A stretch of 51,403 bases of DNA, counting the filler, from Dirinaria sp. TL-2023a (lineage: Eukaryota): assembly GCA_051941275.1 (NCBI GenBank). It is 2 parts of 2 records of this genome, joined end to end, with 100 filler letters (N's around TTAATTAATTAA, not from the genome) between each part and the next. Parts side by side here need not be neighbours in the genome. Positions count along the whole stretch, not along the records: positions 25,789 to 51,403 come from JAVEBF010000172.1; 1 more part is not named here. One strand, 5' to 3'. How positions within the stretch are numbered: the first letter of the stretch is position 1; every line of letters begins with the position of its first letter. This document shows, piece by piece, positions 48,954-51,403 of this stretch. A program made the position numbers and the translations under genes. Under the pieces are notes generated by a model, which saw nothing but the letters and a program-made list of their open reading frames with translations, was not told where the DNA came from and ran no database searches.

Positions 48954-49568
48954 TCATCGACGCCCTTTTCCCTCGGTCTTCATGAGCGGCTCTGGCAAAG
49001 TCCCATTCGCTCGGTACCATCTGAAGTCTTCCCCTAGAGCTTCGATAGGTGCGAACATCTGATCCATATTCTCCACTGGAGGAGTCGGGATGCGTGCACA
49101 AGGTGTCGCTGCTACTGAAGTGCGAGGTCCTGGCTCAGAAGACAGTCCGCCGGGTGAATGTGAGTCACTCTGCTTAGTCTTAATGCAATTGCGAAGCCCC
49201 TGGCTGGTATCGTAGTTCGAGGTTCCGTCGTCATCTTGTAATTTCATTTGCTTGGACAATTTGGATGCTGGTTTCTGACTTCCTTTGGATGCTTTTCGCT
49301 GCTGTACTCTCTTCTCACTCTGCGTTGGCACTTTTCTTTGGGCTGTGGTTGAGGTCTTGGCCTGGGCGGGAGAAGAAGCTGCCTTGGGCGTCATGCCTGC
49401 ACGCTCCCCGTCCGGAAAAAGAGTCCAGTCGAAGCAGGCAGGGAAAAGAGCTTCTTCGGTAGCAGTGCAATTTGCCTCATCACACTGGTGATGGCTCTCC
49501 CATTCCCAGTCTACAAATTTCATCGGTGGAGTCACCGGCTGCGCTGTGGAAGTCCGCTGGCTCGCCAT
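48954..49568 (-). CDS. Hypothetical protein (204 aa), possibly truncated
   Basis: ATG-initiated ORF with a pyrimidine-rich upstream tract (~49780-49830 on the minus strand), a W/C/H-containing N-terminal part and a K/S/Q-rich disordered middle. No family was recognised. Confidence 0.5.
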   Translation of the reverse strand: MASQRTSTAQPVTPPMKFVDWEWESHHQCDEANCTATEEALFPACFDWTLFPDGERAGMTPKAASSPAQAKTSTTAQRKVPTQSEKRVQQRKASKGSQKPASKLSKQMKLQDDDGTSNYDTSQGLRNCIKTKQSDSHSPGGLSSEPGPRTSVAATPCARIPTPPVENMDQMFAPIEALGEDFRWYRANGTLPEPLMKTEGKGRR

Positions 49569-49973
49569 ATTGTGTGTTTTGACAATGGACTGGAAAATGA
49601 AAATCTGGGCAAGTTACGACAACAATACTCCTAGCGGCAAGATGAAAGAGCAACAGTAATGAATCAGAGATTGCAACAACGAAGAATACTTGTGAATCAC
49701 AGGAGATGATGAAACCGGCTCTTTAGTGGGTGGTTGCTAGGGAGTCATGGTGGATGGTTGGTAGGAGTGAGTGAAATCAGTGGTGAGGGTAGGGTAGGAG
49801 GAAAGAGAAAAGAAGAAAAGAGGGGGGGCACCCCAAGAGTTTTGAAGTTGGACGAACCTGAAGGGCTGCGCTAGCCGAGTTGGTACGCATTAGCCCCAAT
49901 CAGAGCTGGGCTTGGCACTCGCGGCTCGTCATCCTCTCCTGTTTCTTTGCCTCCCTCCTTTACGATCGGAATC

Positions 49974-51143
49974 TTATCCTGCTCCGACTCGACTTCCATT
50001 CCAGAGTGTGTGCCATCCAGCTGTCCTATGACTTATATGGTTGCCATCTGTCATCGCGTCAGTTCGGCAATCGTTCTTTGTACTACCGCGTGGATCCTGA
50101 AGGATGCTGGACGACGAAATAATCACCCCGGCTTCATGGAATCGAGCGCAACGCGAACGGATTATGCTCCGCAAATTCCGGACATTAAAAAATTCAAAAT
50201 TGTAGCTGATTTTCTTGAGATATGAGTAGCTGTTGCTTAGTGCGCCATTCATTGGGGTTCTTCCTACTGCTGACGTGGACGAAGAGCGAAAGGCTGCGGT
50301 CTTCCACTCAAATCGAATGTACAAAATGCAGCGAACGCTGAAATCCTCGATTACAATGTCGTCTGATACATCTATTCGTCTTGTTTGGGTTACACGGCAT
50401 TTCATGAGGGCCTGAGCTCTACTCCTGGCCAGTTCCTGATACCACCTGACCCCTAATCTTTATCTCTTAGAGCTCAGGGAAAAGATTTGAGTGAATCACT
50501 AGCCCAACTTCTGGAATCCTCATAAAAGTCCATCCTCATGGAAGCCCGCCCTATTGCTCTCGCATTCGAATTACCTACCTTGACACCGATCTCCTGTTCC
50601 CTACAGAAATTCAAGGACCAAATGAAGAAGACAGATACATTATGCAATCCCTCGCGGAACCGCACTCCAACTTACCCCACCTCTACCCAAATATAGAGGC
50701 AATTACTCAAGTATGGAAGGAGACAAATCACGTGACTTCCATTCGAGTGGTAGGGAGTTAAAGAAGGCCGAGGCAAATTACGTCATGCCTGACACTCACC
50801 GCCAGGAGGAGATACATCCTATGGCGAAATCATCCCCTGTGTCTACTCGAAAAGGGTGTGGGGGAATTGTCGCCGTTCGAGCTCGCGAAAGGGTCTCGGA
50901 GAGGGGATGATTGATGCCTAGGACGCTGATTTCGTAATCGCCAAGGCATTCTGGTTCAGCCACACTACTAGCCACATCACTAGCCACAGGAGGGCGTGAC
51001 GTGGACACGGGATATTGGATATTTCTCTTATCAAGCAGGTCTCATAGGCTAAACTTATTGGCTCGTATCACTTTGTTGTTTGATTCATTGATTACGTTTG
51101 GGAAAAGCCCTTGTGCTGTGGGTGATTGATGGGGTATTACCAT
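49974..51143 (-). pseudogene. Possible decayed gene remnant
   Basis: The frame from ATG 51143 runs ~116 codons with one internal TGA (51042-51044) to a GTGAGT donor-like site near 50799. Further same-strand ORF fragments follow (50474-50665, 49974-50405), separated by stops and frameshifts. No family was recognised. Confidence 0.25.
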
Positions 51144-51403
51144 CTTTGGGGCACTAGCTAGGCGAAACTTAATGCTGCGACATATTTCGCTTAGGGATAG
51201 GATTCATTTCAATTTCGTTTGGTGATGGGGAAATCTTGGTGTACGTACTAGTAGTCGCATGGATTTGAGAGGGGAAGGGATGATAGAGAGGGCGTCTAGG
51301 GGGTTTGAAAGTGTGCTGAGAGTCTTATATATCCTTTATATTTGATGTTGGTACCAACACCTAGCAGAGACTCAATTTTCGAGCATGGATTTTCGTGCAA
51401 CTG

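Overview
Eukaryotic DNA from a filamentous ascomycete (Pezizomycotina-type genes with short GT..AG introns and CTRAC/CTRAT branch points; the species cannot be determined from the sequence). The window is two contigs joined by an artificial 100-nt spacer (N44-TTAATTAATTAA-N44, 25689-25788), so synteny across it is unsupported. Left contig: DHX57/Ucp12-like DEAH helicase (3' end outside the window), a Q/Y/G-rich glycine-zipper protein, a small secreted 6-Cys protein, a 165-bp TA-flanked MITE-like element with telomeric repeats in its inverted repeats, a ~2900-aa Fmp27/BLTP2 lipid-transfer protein, a GprK-like 7TM-RGS protein, and a SesA/HeLo-like-NACHT NLR gene with a premature stop. Right contig: a TCGA-saturated repeat relic, a BTB/MATH-like protein, an ataxin-10/Ctr86 protein, a MARVEL-like membrane protein, an AT-rich decayed region, a frameshifted PKS pseudogene, a malic enzyme with Asp->Val at a catalytic position, TED1, RPL23 and orphan or decayed ORFs. 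The most unusual signals are (i) chains of TA-(N2-5)-TA units upstream of many genes that resemble stacked Tc1/mariner excision footprints, (ii) the telomere-repeat MITE, (iii) an apparent CC->TC (GG->GA) mutation bias in two decayed loci, (iv) the interrupted NLR and (v) the FNVD malic enzyme. All splice models were read by eye and all family calls rest on motif recognition, not database searches.
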